Both the position numbers and the translations under genes were made by a program. Shown piece after piece: positions 39,016 through 48,854 of a stretch of 64,000 nt of DNA. Within the stretch, counting starts at the first letter, position 1; every line of letters starts with the position of its first letter. The notes beneath the pieces are model-generated. The model was not told the origin of the DNA and did not search any database. It saw only the letters and a list, made by a program, of their open reading frames with translations. This stretch comes from Gammaproteobacteria bacterium (lineage in GTDB: Bacteria > Pseudomonadota > Gammaproteobacteria > Burkholderiales > Burkholderiaceae_C), in contig JAHIYE010000013.1 of the NCBI GenBank assembly GCA_018815325.1, forward strand, positions 139,704 through 203,703. The letters are read 5' to 3'.

Positions 39016-40370
39016 AGCCATCTCCAACGTCGATTACAGACAAGCTAACGATATGGCTTTCGGTGATCATGGCAGTCACTCTCTTTTTTGCGGGAATTGC
39101 CACTTACTGGAGTGTTTCTCTCTCACTCCACAAAACGGCTCGAGAAGAGTTGGGAAGCAAACTTACCATGATCCTGCACCTGGTAGAAGAGGAAAACCCA
39201 GATGGAAACATGGAAAACTTACGGCATCACATTAATGACGCAATCGTTGGGCATGGAAATCTGCTTGTTTGGCTGCTGAATGAGGACGATGAGGTTGTAT
39301 ACGGTGATCCAACCCTGATGTCTGAGGATTTTCTCATGCACGATTTTTTGATGCGCAACATTTCCGGTAGGCTCTTGGCCGTTTCACGCATCACATTCCC
39401 CAATGCTGGCCACTTGCAGCTTCGATCTGGCGTGATTGCGCTTGACTTAACTCCTGCGACTCAGCTACTCGATTCACTTCTATATTTTCTACTGCTGGTT
39501 GGATCACTTGCTGTGCTGCTTACCTTCTCGTTCGCACATTTAGCAACTCGTCGCGGGTTACGGCCTTTGAGAAAATTGTCCACGCAAGCTGCAGCCATTG
39601 CGCCAACCTCATTTTCTCAACGTCTGAATGTGTCTGGGATAGATCGCGAATTGCTCGAACTCGCCGTCTCATTTAACAGCGTTCTCGATCGGCTTGAGTC
39701 GTCATACCGTCAAGCTGAGGCTTTTAACGCTGATGTTGCGCACGAATTGCGTACCCCACTGGCAATCCTTATCAGTGGCACCCAATTGGCTTTGTCTGTA
39801 GACCGTCCTATCAAGCACCTTCGTGAAACACTTGAATCCAATCTTGAAGAGCTAGAAATTCTGAAATCGCTTGTCAATGACATGATGTTTCTAGCCCAAG
39901 CAGATCACGGAACGCTTCCAACTGACATGAAGGTTACCTGCTTGCAGACTGAGGCACACAAGGTGTGTGAATTTTATGACGCCCCCCTTCAGGATGCAGG
40001 TGTAAAAGTAATAGTTGATGGACAAGCGTATGTGTACTGCTCATCAAAATTGATACGTCGGGCCATGGCTAATCTTTTATCTAATGCAATCAAGTTTACC
40101 CGTCAAGGTGAATCTATCGTCATCTCACTCAGCGAACAAGGCTCCTGCGTGATCATTCAGCTAATCAATCCAGGCCTGCCTATTCCGACCATGACACAGG
40201 AATGCATGTTTGACCGCTTCTACCAAGCTGATCCTACTCGGGCACAGTCTGGGGACAGTCATGGCCTTGGACTTTCTATTGTCAGCGCGATCGCCAAAAT
40301 GCACCGTGGATCGACATTTTGTGAAAGCGGTGCTGGATTAAACCGCATCGGTTTCAGAATTCCAAGGTAG
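39012..40370 (+). CDS. Heavy-metal sensor histidine kinase
   Basis: 452 aa with two TM helices, a HAMP domain, the H-box FNADVAHELRTPL, and N/G boxes. It overlaps the regulator stop by 4 nt. Confidence 0.9.
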   Translation: MKPSPTSITDKLTIWLSVIMAVTLFFAGIATYWSVSLSLHKTAREELGSKLTMILHLVEEENPDGNMENLRHHINDAIVGHGNLLVWLLNEDDEVVYGDPTLMSEDFLMHDFLMRNISGRLLAVSRITFPNAGHLQLRSGVIALDLTPATQLLDSLLYFLLLVGSLAVLLTFSFAHLATRRGLRPLRKLSTQAAAIAPTSFSQRLNVSGIDRELLELAVSFNSVLDRLESSYRQAEAFNADVAHELRTPLAILISGTQLALSVDRPIKHLRETLESNLEELEILKSLVNDMMFLAQADHGTLPTDMKVTCLQTEAHKVCEFYDAPLQDAGVKVIVDGQAYVYCSSKLIRRAMANLLSNAIKFTRQGESIVISLSEQGSCVIIQLINPGLPIPTMTQECMFDRFYQADPTRAQSGDSHGLGLSIVSAIAKMHRGSTFCESGAGLNRIGFRIPR

Positions 40371-40528
40371 TCCGGAATGCTCTCCCGAGCTGAACTCCTT
40401 TGGCGTCAAGTTGCACCAGATGAAGGCGTGCCTTCCGCCTTGTCAGTGGCAGCAGCTAAATTCGTTTGGACTCCACATAGTCTAGTAGACCGGAAGCAGT
40501 CCATACTGGTCTTTCATGTACTCCGCAC

Positions 40529-40543
40529 TTACGAATTTGTAAT
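40529..40543 (+). promoter_or_regulatory. Candidate heavy-metal response-regulator box (inverted repeat TTAC-N6-GTAA)
   Basis: ttacgaatttgtaat lies about 100 bp upstream of the CopK-like gene. Confidence 0.35.
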
Positions 40544-40643
40544 TTTGGAGAGCGGGTTTTGTTGATCTACGATGATTACATTTGAATCATGCCAATTGGC
40601 ATCGCTTCAGTCATTTGCTGTTGCGTATTTATCCAAAGGAACC

Positions 40644-40943
40644 ATGATGAAATCAACACTCTCAGTCATTACCATCGTCGCCAGCATTGCTTTCGGAAGC
40701 ATTGCCGCACCTGCTCAGGCCAACAATTCTGTTGCTTCTTCTGTAAAACAATCCATCCCCCTCAAGGGCGGGGCCACATTGCATGTGTTTGCTGATGGCA
40801 AGATGGCAAAGGAAGATAAGTATGGAAGGGCATCTTTCATGATGCCGGAAGAAGCTCTTGTATCTATCGATGGAAAGACTATTAAACCAGTTGGAAATGA
40901 AGTGGCGAGACTCAGTGCACTGATAGGTGAGGGACACTACTAA
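40644..40943 (+). CDS. copK: Periplasmic copper-binding protein CopK-like
   Basis: A signal peptide is followed by ...LHVFADGKMAKEDKYG...MPEE...DGKTIKPVGNEVARL...GH. This aligns by eye with Cupriavidus CopK (HVFKDGKMGMENKFG..MPEG..DGTKIIMKGNEIFRL..GH). Confidence 0.7.
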   Translation: MMKSTLSVITIVASIAFGSIAAPAQANNSVASSVKQSIPLKGGATLHVFADGKMAKEDKYGRASFMMPEEALVSIDGKTIKPVGNEVARLSALIGEGHY

Positions 40944-41175
40944 CATCACTTAGTGCGCCGTTATGAATCACACTTAATTTCGAGGAGGCCAGTTTGTTTA
41001 CGTTAATTCCACAGACTTGGTCTCCTCGGAAAGTCTCCAAGCGTAATTGACCTCAGCTTCGGTCGGAAAATTTCTTCAATTGAACATCCATGGAATTAAG
41101 AAAACTCTGGCCTATACGAAAATGTCGTATGCACTGGACGCTCCAAGTCATACATCAATCTCGCTCGATCTCTCC

Positions 41176-42639
41176 TCATGACTGTTGACTGTCAGGATTC
41201 CGCGGATGCTCTACGAATATCAGGATGAAATGGCGACTCTCAAATACTTTCGTGAACGGTCTTGAAATGTTTTTTGCCATCTGATCAAAGTCTTCTCTGG
41301 GTATAGCCAGGTAGCGTATCGAAGAAGACCCCGACTTGCTTGCCCAGTTGAAATCTGCGACCGACCTTGTTAACCCACGCGCATAGAACATTGCAGAAAA
41401 TGGTATGGGGCCAACAAACACCAACTCATCCCCACCCGTCATATGTCGAAATGCATAGGCAACTAGTTCCTTTTCAGTTTTCAGTTTATCGGGCTGAATA
41501 ATATGCAACGCCATATAGCCAGTAACCACCAACGGCACGAAGCCCACCAGTGCGTAAAAACCGAGTCTGACTTTCGGCGATTTCTCTTGCCAAGAAGCCA
41601 AACTGATGCCTATCAGGACACTGAAGGCCGCCAGTGCAGGCAACACATAAGTCCACAGAATATTCCCTGCAAACGTGAAGAGCAGCAAAGGAAACAGCAT
41701 CCAGGTCACGAGGTAGGACTTGTCCTTGTCTTGTAGCGCTAGACGCAGCTTCTGCTTGCGCGCAGATCCTAGAAGTCCTTGCAGCAACATAAACAATGCA
41801 ACGGCACCCCAGGGGAATGCTGCAATCAATGCATGGATCCAGATCGTCCCCTTGGCCTCTTGGTGGGCAGTGCCATACAAGTCCCCTGTCCAGCCCGAAT
41901 CGATGAAACGCAAGAAATGCTCTCCGATCAGAAAATAGTTCAAAAAACCGGGCGTTCTCAATTCGGCAGCAACATACCAAGGAAAACTCAGGAAAGCCAT
42001 GAGTGACAAGCCTGCGAACCAAGGTAATTGCATGAATGATTTCCGTGCACTTGGATGCCAGATCATCCAGGGTATTAATGCTCCAGCGACAAGAACCATC
42101 ACAAGTGGCCCCTTTGCTAATAAACCCACTGCAAGTGATGCAAAAAATCCGTAACGCCACATCCAACTAGGCTGACGTGTTGACATGGCAAAAGCGACCA
42201 TGGCCCAAGTCGTAGCAAATGCCAAAAATGGATCCATCAGAACGGCACCCGCAACGATATAGACCAATGCACTGGTAGCGTAAACAAGGACGGCCCACAT
42301 GGCGACACTGCGCCCAAAATGGGAACGGGAATAAACATGGATGAGAGCCAGTGTCCCCACCGTCGCGAGCCAGGACGGTAGTCGAACTGCAAATTCATTG
42401 ATCCCGAACAGTTTGAATGAAAGTGCCTCACTCCAGAATGCGAGTGGCGGCTTTCCCCAGAACGGGACACCCTCAGCAAACCAGGGAGTGATCCAGTCGC
42501 CTGTAGCGGCCATCAATCGAGCAACTTCCGCGTACCTCGCTTCTGTAGTGTCGGTCAAAGGGAACCAGCCCATAGTCAGCAAGCGAAGACCCAACAACGC
42601 ACTCAGCAGCAACCACCATGCCCTATTTCGAAACAGCAT
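41176..42639 (-). CDS. Glycosyltransferase family 39 (ArnT/PMT-like) membrane protein
   Basis: Polytopic, with an N-terminal TDTTEARYAEVARLMAATGDWITPWF motif. The start is trimmed to MLFRNRAWW. Confidence 0.8.
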   Translation of the reverse strand: MLFRNRAWWLLLSALLGLRLLTMGWFPLTDTTEARYAEVARLMAATGDWITPWFAEGVPFWGKPPLAFWSEALSFKLFGINEFAVRLPSWLATVGTLALIHVYSRSHFGRSVAMWAVLVYATSALVYIVAGAVLMDPFLAFATTWAMVAFAMSTRQPSWMWRYGFFASLAVGLLAKGPLVMVLVAGALIPWMIWHPSARKSFMQLPWFAGLSLMAFLSFPWYVAAELRTPGFLNYFLIGEHFLRFIDSGWTGDLYGTAHQEAKGTIWIHALIAAFPWGAVALFMLLQGLLGSARKQKLRLALQDKDKSYLVTWMLFPLLLFTFAGNILWTYVLPALAAFSVLIGISLASWQEKSPKVRLGFYALVGFVPLVVTGYMALHIIQPDKLKTEKELVAYAFRHMTGGDELVFVGPIPFSAMFYARGLTRSVADFNWASKSGSSSIRYLAIPREDFDQMAKNISRPFTKVFESRHFILIFVEHPRNPDSQQS

Positions 42640-43657
42640 GATGAACGCCCTCAGTCCTAGAAGTAGCCTGTGAATAAACTGGCTGTTTTTGCAGCACATC
42701 TCGAATCACGTACAACGGACGCTGCTTAGCTTCGTAATATGTTTTTCCAACATATTCTCCAACCAACCCAATGAACATCAGTTGACCCCCCCCCATGAAA
42801 GTGATCAGGACAGCCAATGATGAATTCCCATCAGCCGGCACGTCTAGCAGGAGTGAACTTGACAACATCCATGCGCCGAACAGGAAGCTAATCGTTGCGA
42901 CCAGCAAACCCAGACTCGCAGCCCAGCGCAGTGGAGCTATTGAAAATGAGGTAATCCCTTCAAATGCCAAACTCAAAAGGCTGAAAAAATTCCATTTTGT
43001 CTCCCCTGCTGCCCGTGGCTCTCGGTCGTACTCAATGACATGGGTTGGAAACCCGACCCAGGCGAACAGCCCTTTCATGTATCGGTTTCGTTCAGGCAAA
43101 TTTTGTAACGCGGTGATGGCACGCCGACTCATCAACCGGAAGTCACCCGTATCTTGAGGTATTTCAACGTGACTGATGCGCTTTAGCAGTCGGTAGTAAA
43201 GCAATGCGCTGAGACGTTTGGCTAACGAATCCCCCTCTCTTGATCGACGCTTCATGGCAACAATATCTGCCCCACCGTTGAATGCCATGAGCATCTTGGG
43301 GATTAACTCCGGCGGGTCTTGCAAGTCCGCATCCAAAATGATGATTGCGTCCCCTAACGCTTGGTCTATTCCCGCAGTCATCGCCGCCTCTTTACCAAAA
43401 TTGCGACTCAAGCAAACAACCTTAACGGCAGAACTTCTGCCAACTAGGTCAAACAGGAACTCAACACTCCCATCCTGGCTACCGTCATCGACCATGACAA
43501 TCTCATAGTTCAGCTTAAGCTGCTCAAGCACTTTATTTAATCTTGCATAGAGAGATGGCAGCACATCCCGTTCGTTATAAACAGGAACAACGATGGACAC
43601 CATAATGCGATCCATTCGTTGCGCCAACTGCGTCCTTGATTTATCTGTAAAACTCAT
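42623..43657 (-). CDS. Glycosyltransferase family 2 (ArnC / polyprenyl-phosphate sugar transferase-like)
   Basis: VSIVVPVYNE, VMVDDGSQDGS and DADLQDPPE, with two C-terminal TM helices. Confidence 0.8.
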   Translation of the reverse strand: MSFTDKSRTQLAQRMDRIMVSIVVPVYNERDVLPSLYARLNKVLEQLKLNYEIVMVDDGSQDGSVEFLFDLVGRSSAVKVVCLSRNFGKEAAMTAGIDQALGDAIIILDADLQDPPELIPKMLMAFNGGADIVAMKRRSREGDSLAKRLSALLYYRLLKRISHVEIPQDTGDFRLMSRRAITALQNLPERNRYMKGLFAWVGFPTHVIEYDREPRAAGETKWNFFSLLSLAFEGITSFSIAPLRWAASLGLLVATISFLFGAWMLSSSLLLDVPADGNSSLAVLITFMGGGQLMFIGLVGEYVGKTYYEAKQRPLYVIRDVLQKQPVYSQATSRTEGVHHAVSK

Positions 43658-43893
43658 GAAACACCACCCTCGAAGAAATGAATTTTCTGCACAGACAAGT
43701 GCGTATGGCGACCGCAATTTGCGTGAACCCGCCTCGTCTTTCCAAGAAAGTCTTATTGCCAGCATCAAGACGTGTATTCCGGCTCACAGTAGATCAAACA
43801 TCTGATCTTTCGATCTTTGACGGAGATCATTTCAGCTTGTCTGAAGATATATCTCGATCTATCAGAACCCCACGAAATATTTCGACTAGCTGG

Positions 43894-44274
43894 TCAACGA
43901 ACCAAGCCCGGCTCTAAAGGCAGCCTGGGTGGTCGCAAGATGCCTTCTAGATATATCGTGAGATAAAAAAGTGTGGATTCCGTACGAGGAAATATCGACA
44001 TACCTGCATGCGATTGTGTCCATGGGGCCAACAGGAGTCCCACTTTATTGAGCTCACCATCAACGTGAAAATGCTGAGCAGTTGACGTGGCATCACCCAT
44101 CCAAGGAGTTCGCTGTGTTGCGTCATGAATCACATTGTCCCAGTGACTCAATCTATGTTCGATACGATCCGCCAGATCCAACGCATTCACAGCGCTTAAT
44201 ATGGACAAGGCTTGCCACAAAATGACAGTCAACAAGATAAGTGAACGAATCCGGTTAGACATCAGATATCTCAA
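43894..44274 (-). CDS. Small exported hypothetical protein
   Basis: 126 aa with a signal/anchor helix, several His residues, and a C-terminal ..LRPPRLPL. Confidence 0.5.
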   Translation of the reverse strand: MRYLMSNRIRSLILLTVILWQALSILSAVNALDLADRIEHRLSHWDNVIHDATQRTPWMGDATSTAQHFHVDGELNKVGLLLAPWTQSHAGMSIFPRTESTLFYLTIYLEGILRPPRLPLEPGLVR

Positions 44275-44558
44275 ATCACTTCAAAAATGTCGATTTCGCT
44301 ACTGATATCGGTTCACGCACGGGTATTGTGCGCAACACCACCTCACTGATCTGGTAAATCGCAGTGATGCACCGATTCGGGAGCAAAAGGTTCGTAGTTT
44401 TTTAATGACGGTCAGTTTGTGCCAGATTCATGCATGAGCTCCGTTTAAGTAGCAGCGTGTGATTAAAGAGGTTGCATCAGTTCATTCTAGGAATCACATC
44501 CTGACAAAAAGATGGCATTTAAATTACACAACCCAAACATTCAGTTTGCAAACTGCAC

Positions 44559-44800
44559 GTGCTCAATGTTTTTGACTTCTACATCGTGAAATCTTGGTTA
44601 GCCAGGTCAATCATCCCCTCAAAAAAGAATATGCTGTACAGGTGCGTAACCATCAAGACTGACAACGCCTTGATAAAAAGTTTCAACTGCTGGTTGGAAC
44701 AATCATGTTTACAGATGCACTGGTTTCCGAGTCTAGATGATGAAAATGCAAAAATTGAGAAATGGTGACGGGAGTAGAACGGGGTCCATACTGACCGTGG
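44559..44800 (+). pseudogene. Remnant of an IS3-type transposase C-terminus
   Basis: WFPSLDDENAKIEKW*REYNGVHTDRG resembles the F.S.EEA...I..W...YN..RPHS.LG tail of OrfB but carries an in-frame stop. The perfect 13-bp hairpin ttgcgagctgacc/ggtcagctcgcaa lies at 44831-44860. Confidence 0.35.
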
Positions 44801-45081
44801 TTAAGACTAGCGCAAATCACACGATATTTCCTTGCGAGCTGACCAGAAGGTCAGCTCGCAAGTTTCGTACCTTATGCCGCGTGTAAATGTCAACTTGAAG
44901 TTTTATTTACCAGCTTAAGCGTGGCCGAATAGTTACTCACTCAGTTTCAAAAGCATTAATCAACTGCTCGCGAATGTCGATGATTTCTCTCTTTGACATC
45001 TGCGAATACATACCCGAAGATCAAAGCGCGCTTGACAGCGCACCAATCATTTTTAGCTTGATGCATTAGGCTCCTGTTTCT

Positions 45082-45612
45082 TTACTCCACTCTTACTTTT
45101 CCCACCATGCCGGCCTCCATGTGGCCGGGCACCAGGCAGGCAAAATCCACCTCACCGGCTTTGTCGAACTTCCAGACAATGGCACCCCGTTGACCCGCGT
45201 TGAGTGTGATCTGGTTCTTTTCCGCATGCATCATCCCAGGCATCTTGCGCATCATTTCGGCATGCTCCTTGAGCTCACCCATGGTTCCGATGACCATCTC
45301 GTGGGGTATCTTGCCGCTGTTCTTGATAAAGAAACGGATGGTTTCACCGGCTTTCACCGATATCTGTCCAGGCGTAAAGCGCATCGTGTCATTCATCTCC
45401 ACGGCAATGGTGCGGCTGACCTTGGCCGGGTCACCCGCTTGTCCAGCAGCAGAGGCCTCGTCGTGATGCTTTTCACCCATTTCCTTGTGCATGCCGGCCA
45501 TGTCCTTCTGCATATCCGCCATGTTGTGCCCACCACCTCCGGCGTGTTCTCCGGCGGCAAGCGCCAGCATGGGGAAAGCTGCCAGGAGAAGAATGGTCAG
45601 TGATTTTTTCAT
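45082..45612 (-). CDS. Periplasmic cupredoxin-fold copper protein with Met/His-rich region
   Basis: 176 aa with a signal peptide, an M/H-rich linker, and type-1 copper ligands (H...C..PGH..GM: FACLVPGHMEAGM). Confidence 0.8.
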   Translation of the reverse strand: MKKSLTILLLAAFPMLALAAGEHAGGGGHNMADMQKDMAGMHKEMGEKHHDEASAAGQAGDPAKVSRTIAVEMNDTMRFTPGQISVKAGETIRFFIKNSGKIPHEMVIGTMGELKEHAEMMRKMPGMMHAEKNQITLNAGQRGAIVWKFDKAGEVDFACLVPGHMEAGMVGKVRVE

Positions 45613-45687
45613 GTGATACCTCGTTCGTTAAAGTGTCAAGTCAATGTGTTGTCTGTTCGGCTACGCTGGTAGTCAAGAACAGGGATG

Positions 45688-46749
45688 TCAAAACCAGAAG
45701 CGCACACCGGCCACCCATCGGGTGTCGCCCGTGGAAACCGCGCTGGCGCGTGCCATATCAGCCGTCTTGCCGAATTTGCTGCTGCGCTCGACGCCAAAGT
45801 ACGGCGCAAACTGCCGGTTGATCTCATAGCGCAGGCGGATGCCGGCGACACCATTGGCCAGCCCGCTGCCAATCTCCCGTGCCGCGTCATCCTGCCCGTA
45901 GAAATTCAACTCTGCACGAGGCTGCAGAATAAGTTTTTGCGTCAGCAGGATTTCATATTCACCGCCCAATCGGAAGGCGGTGCGGCCGTTGTCGCCGATG
46001 TAGGCGGCTGCATCCACTTCAAACCAATAAGGCGCCAGGCCCTGCACGCCCAGGGCCAGCCATTTGCGCTCGGGCTCGGTGCCCCCACTGTCATAGCGCA
46101 GGCCCACCTGGGCATCCCAGAATGGTGCAAAGGCGTGCCCCCAAAGTACTTCGGTTCGCGCTTCCTGCAGTTTCCCCCGCGCCACATCGCCCTCGGCCTT
46201 GATCACCAAGCGGTCATAGTCGCGTCCAAACCAGGCCTGGGTGTCGTAGGACGTGGAGCTGCTCTTGCTGCCGAATCCCCGCTCCAGGCGGTTGAACAGG
46301 ACCGAGCCGAAATTGTGCTCGTCGGCCAGGCGAAGCTGGCGTGTACCTGGCAGGGCATAGGGGCCAGACTCCAGCGTATAGCCGCCGGAATAGCCATGCG
46401 GATCACGCGCATCGGCCGGGGCCGTGCCGCCCTGATTCTGCATGCTGCTGCCAGAGTCCATGCCTGCCATGCCGGCATCCTTCGCAGCCGGCTGGCTGGC
46501 TGGCTTGGTTCCGCTTTTCATGCCGGGCATCTCCTCAGCGGGAGATACCGTCGGGCTGGCGCCCATGCTTCCGTGGTCCATGCCCTGCATGGGTTTTTTA
46601 ACATCCGGGGCACTACTACCTGCCTGCATGCTGCCGCTTCCCATCATGCTGTGATCCATGGCGGGTGCCGCCCCCATGGTCTGGGCTCCTGCGGGCGCCA
46701 TGCCAATGCCGGCCAATGCCAGTGCCAGCGCGTTTAAAGTCATCTTCAT
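45688..46749 (-). CDS. copB: Copper resistance protein B (outer membrane)
   Basis: Signal peptide, Met-rich N-terminus, a beta-barrel and a terminal ...GVRFWF. The start is set at MKMTLNAL after an AGAGGA. Confidence 0.85.
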   Translation of the reverse strand: MKMTLNALALALAGIGMAPAGAQTMGAAPAMDHSMMGSGSMQAGSSAPDVKKPMQGMDHGSMGASPTVSPAEEMPGMKSGTKPASQPAAKDAGMAGMDSGSSMQNQGGTAPADARDPHGYSGGYTLESGPYALPGTRQLRLADEHNFGSVLFNRLERGFGSKSSSTSYDTQAWFGRDYDRLVIKAEGDVARGKLQEARTEVLWGHAFAPFWDAQVGLRYDSGGTEPERKWLALGVQGLAPYWFEVDAAAYIGDNGRTAFRLGGEYEILLTQKLILQPRAELNFYGQDDAAREIGSGLANGVAGIRLRYEINRQFAPYFGVERSSKFGKTADMARASAVSTGDTRWVAGVRFWF

Positions 46750-46779
46750 CTTGGGTTTCCTCTTGTTGCGTTCCATCAT

Positions 46780-48603
46780 TTAAGACACCACCACTTCGCG
46801 GAACATACCCGCATCCATGTGGAATAGCAGGTGGCAATGCCAGGCCCAACGCCCCAGCGCATCGGCGGTCACCAGGAAGCTGATGCGCTGCGCCGGCTGA
46901 ACGGGAATGGTGTGCCTGCGGGCCTGGAATTTGCCTTCCGCAGTTTCCAGCTCGCTCCACATGCCATGCATGTGCATGGGGTGGGTCATCATGGTGTCGT
47001 TGTGGAGAATCACGCGCACCCGCTCGCCATAATTGAAATGCACTGGCGTGGACTGGCCGAATTCGAGCCCGTCGAACGACCAGGTGTAGCGTTCCATATT
47101 GCCGGTGAGGTGCAGTTCGACCTCACGCTCGGCGCCGCGCGGATCAAGCGGACCCCCAATGGTGTGCAGATCGGCCAGCGTCAGCACGCGGCGGCCGTTT
47201 TTGCGCAGCCCGACACCTGGGTCATCCAGATTGGTGCGAGCCATGTCGACCCGCGCGTCTGTGCTGGGGCCGTATTCCGTACGGGCGTGGCGGGCCCGGG
47301 TACTCGGCACGGCAAGCGGGTTGGCCTCCGTCATGCCGGGCATGCCTTGCATGCCACTCATGCCTTTCATGCCGCCGTGGTCCATGCCGCCCATGGAGCC
47401 CATCCCCTTCATGCCGCCATGATCCATACCTGCCATGGCGCCCATACCCATGGCGCCCATCATGTCGGTCATGGTGAGTTGCTCAAACATGTCCAGCGCA
47501 GGTACGGGTGCCTGCAAACCTGCCTTGACAGCCAGTGTTCCCCGGGCATAACCCGTTCGGTCCATGGACTGTGCAAATACCGTGTAGGCATCTTCCCGCG
47601 GTTCAACCAGCACGTCATAGGTTTCGCCAGAGCCGAAACGGAATTCATCCACAGAGACAGGCTCGACATTCACCCCGTCGACCTGCACCACCTTGAGCTT
47701 GAGTCCGGGGATTCGAACGTCAAAGAACGAGTTACTTGAGCCATTGATGAAACGAAGGCGCACCCGCTCGCCTGGTCGGAACAAGCCGTTCCAGTTGCCC
47801 GAAGGGGTCGTCCCGTTCATCAGGAATGTCATGGTGGCCGCAGACAGGTCTGCCAGATCGTTAGGGCTCATGCGCATCGAGTTCCACATCTTGCGCTTGT
47901 CCATGGCCGACTTGATGCCATCGCGCGATGCATCCCGAAAGAATTCCATCGCCGTGGGCTGGTTGTAGTTGTAGTAGCTGCTCTGCACCTTCAGTCGAGA
48001 GAAGACGCGCATCGGGTCTTCATCGGTCCAGTCTGACAAGAGCACCACATGATCGCGATCGGCCTTGATGGTTTCGCCGCCCGCTGGCTCAACGATGATG
48101 GCCCCATACATGCCCGTGAGCTCCTGCATCCCCGAGTGCGAGTGGTACCAGTACGTGCCGCTTTGCTCGACCTTGAAGCGATACGTAAACGTCTCTCCAG
48201 GTGGAATGCCGGCAAAGCTGACGCCCGGCACGCCGTCCATCTGGTAGGGCAGGATGATGCCGTGCCAATGGATGGAACTGGTTTCCCGCAACTTGTTGGT
48301 GACGCGGATCGTCACGGTGTCGCCCTCACGCCACCTCAAGGTGGGTGCAGGCACAGAACCATTGATAGCCGTCGCCATGCCAGGCTTGCCGGTGAAGTTC
48401 ACGGGCATCTCGGCAATCTCGAGATTGAATTCTGTGCCACGAAGCTCGTTGCCACCTGCTTTTGTGGCGCCTGAACCCTGCGCCCAGACCGAACCCGTCC
48501 AACCTGACATACCGAGCAACACCCCTCCGGCAGCCAGCCCTTGCACAAACTGCCGACGCGGCAGGTTGGGCAGTGCATGAGAAAATGGCGAATGACGTTT
48601 CAT
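46780..48603 (-). CDS. copA: Copper resistance multicopper oxidase CopA/PcoA
   Basis: Tat signal RRQFVQGLAAGG, copper sites HWHG, HSH, HPMHMHG and HCHLLFHMDAGM, and a Met-rich insert. The start is set at MKRHSPF after an AGGAGG. Confidence 0.9.
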   Translation of the reverse strand: MKRHSPFSHALPNLPRRQFVQGLAAGGVLLGMSGWTGSVWAQGSGATKAGGNELRGTEFNLEIAEMPVNFTGKPGMATAINGSVPAPTLRWREGDTVTIRVTNKLRETSSIHWHGIILPYQMDGVPGVSFAGIPPGETFTYRFKVEQSGTYWYHSHSGMQELTGMYGAIIVEPAGGETIKADRDHVVLLSDWTDEDPMRVFSRLKVQSSYYNYNQPTAMEFFRDASRDGIKSAMDKRKMWNSMRMSPNDLADLSAATMTFLMNGTTPSGNWNGLFRPGERVRLRFINGSSNSFFDVRIPGLKLKVVQVDGVNVEPVSVDEFRFGSGETYDVLVEPREDAYTVFAQSMDRTGYARGTLAVKAGLQAPVPALDMFEQLTMTDMMGAMGMGAMAGMDHGGMKGMGSMGGMDHGGMKGMSGMQGMPGMTEANPLAVPSTRARHARTEYGPSTDARVDMARTNLDDPGVGLRKNGRRVLTLADLHTIGGPLDPRGAEREVELHLTGNMERYTWSFDGLEFGQSTPVHFNYGERVRVILHNDTMMTHPMHMHGMWSELETAEGKFQARRHTIPVQPAQRISFLVTADALGRWAWHCHLLFHMDAGMFREVVVS

Positions 48604-48736
48604 GAATGGGGTTCCTCCTGTTTGACAACCAGACATCCTGTGCACGATGTGTTTTCAACAACCACCGCACACGTGGAGTCAACTGGTTCACAGCTTAGAA
48701 ACCTGGCCCTGACCTGCGAATGACGCGCACATTACA

Positions 48737-48757
48737 TTCATGTCATCTTCATGTCAT
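48737..48757. promoter_or_regulatory. Tandem direct repeat TTCATGTCAT x2 with 11-bp period, candidate CopR box
   Basis: The copies lie at 48737-48746 and 48748-48757, in the divergent copA/copR intergenic region. Confidence 0.45.
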
Positions 48758-48854
48758 CCTGCTGCCAGAACTGACGACTTACATTGGAGCATCTGCACCC
48801 GGTGACACCTTTGAGGATTTGCAGCTTGAATAGACCACCCCAACCGGAGACCTC

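Noticed and set aside
40377-40565. 62-aa ORF between the sensor kinase and the CopK-like gene
   Set aside because: It has no ribosome-binding site or motif. The region is better explained as the CopK promoter region containing the TTAC-N6-GTAA inverted repeat.
45685-47739. Long plus-strand ORFs (350 aa and 302 aa) opposite copB and copA
   Set aside because: They are Ala/Gly/Arg/His-rich shadow ORFs. The minus-strand frames carry unmistakable CopB and multicopper-oxidase motifs.
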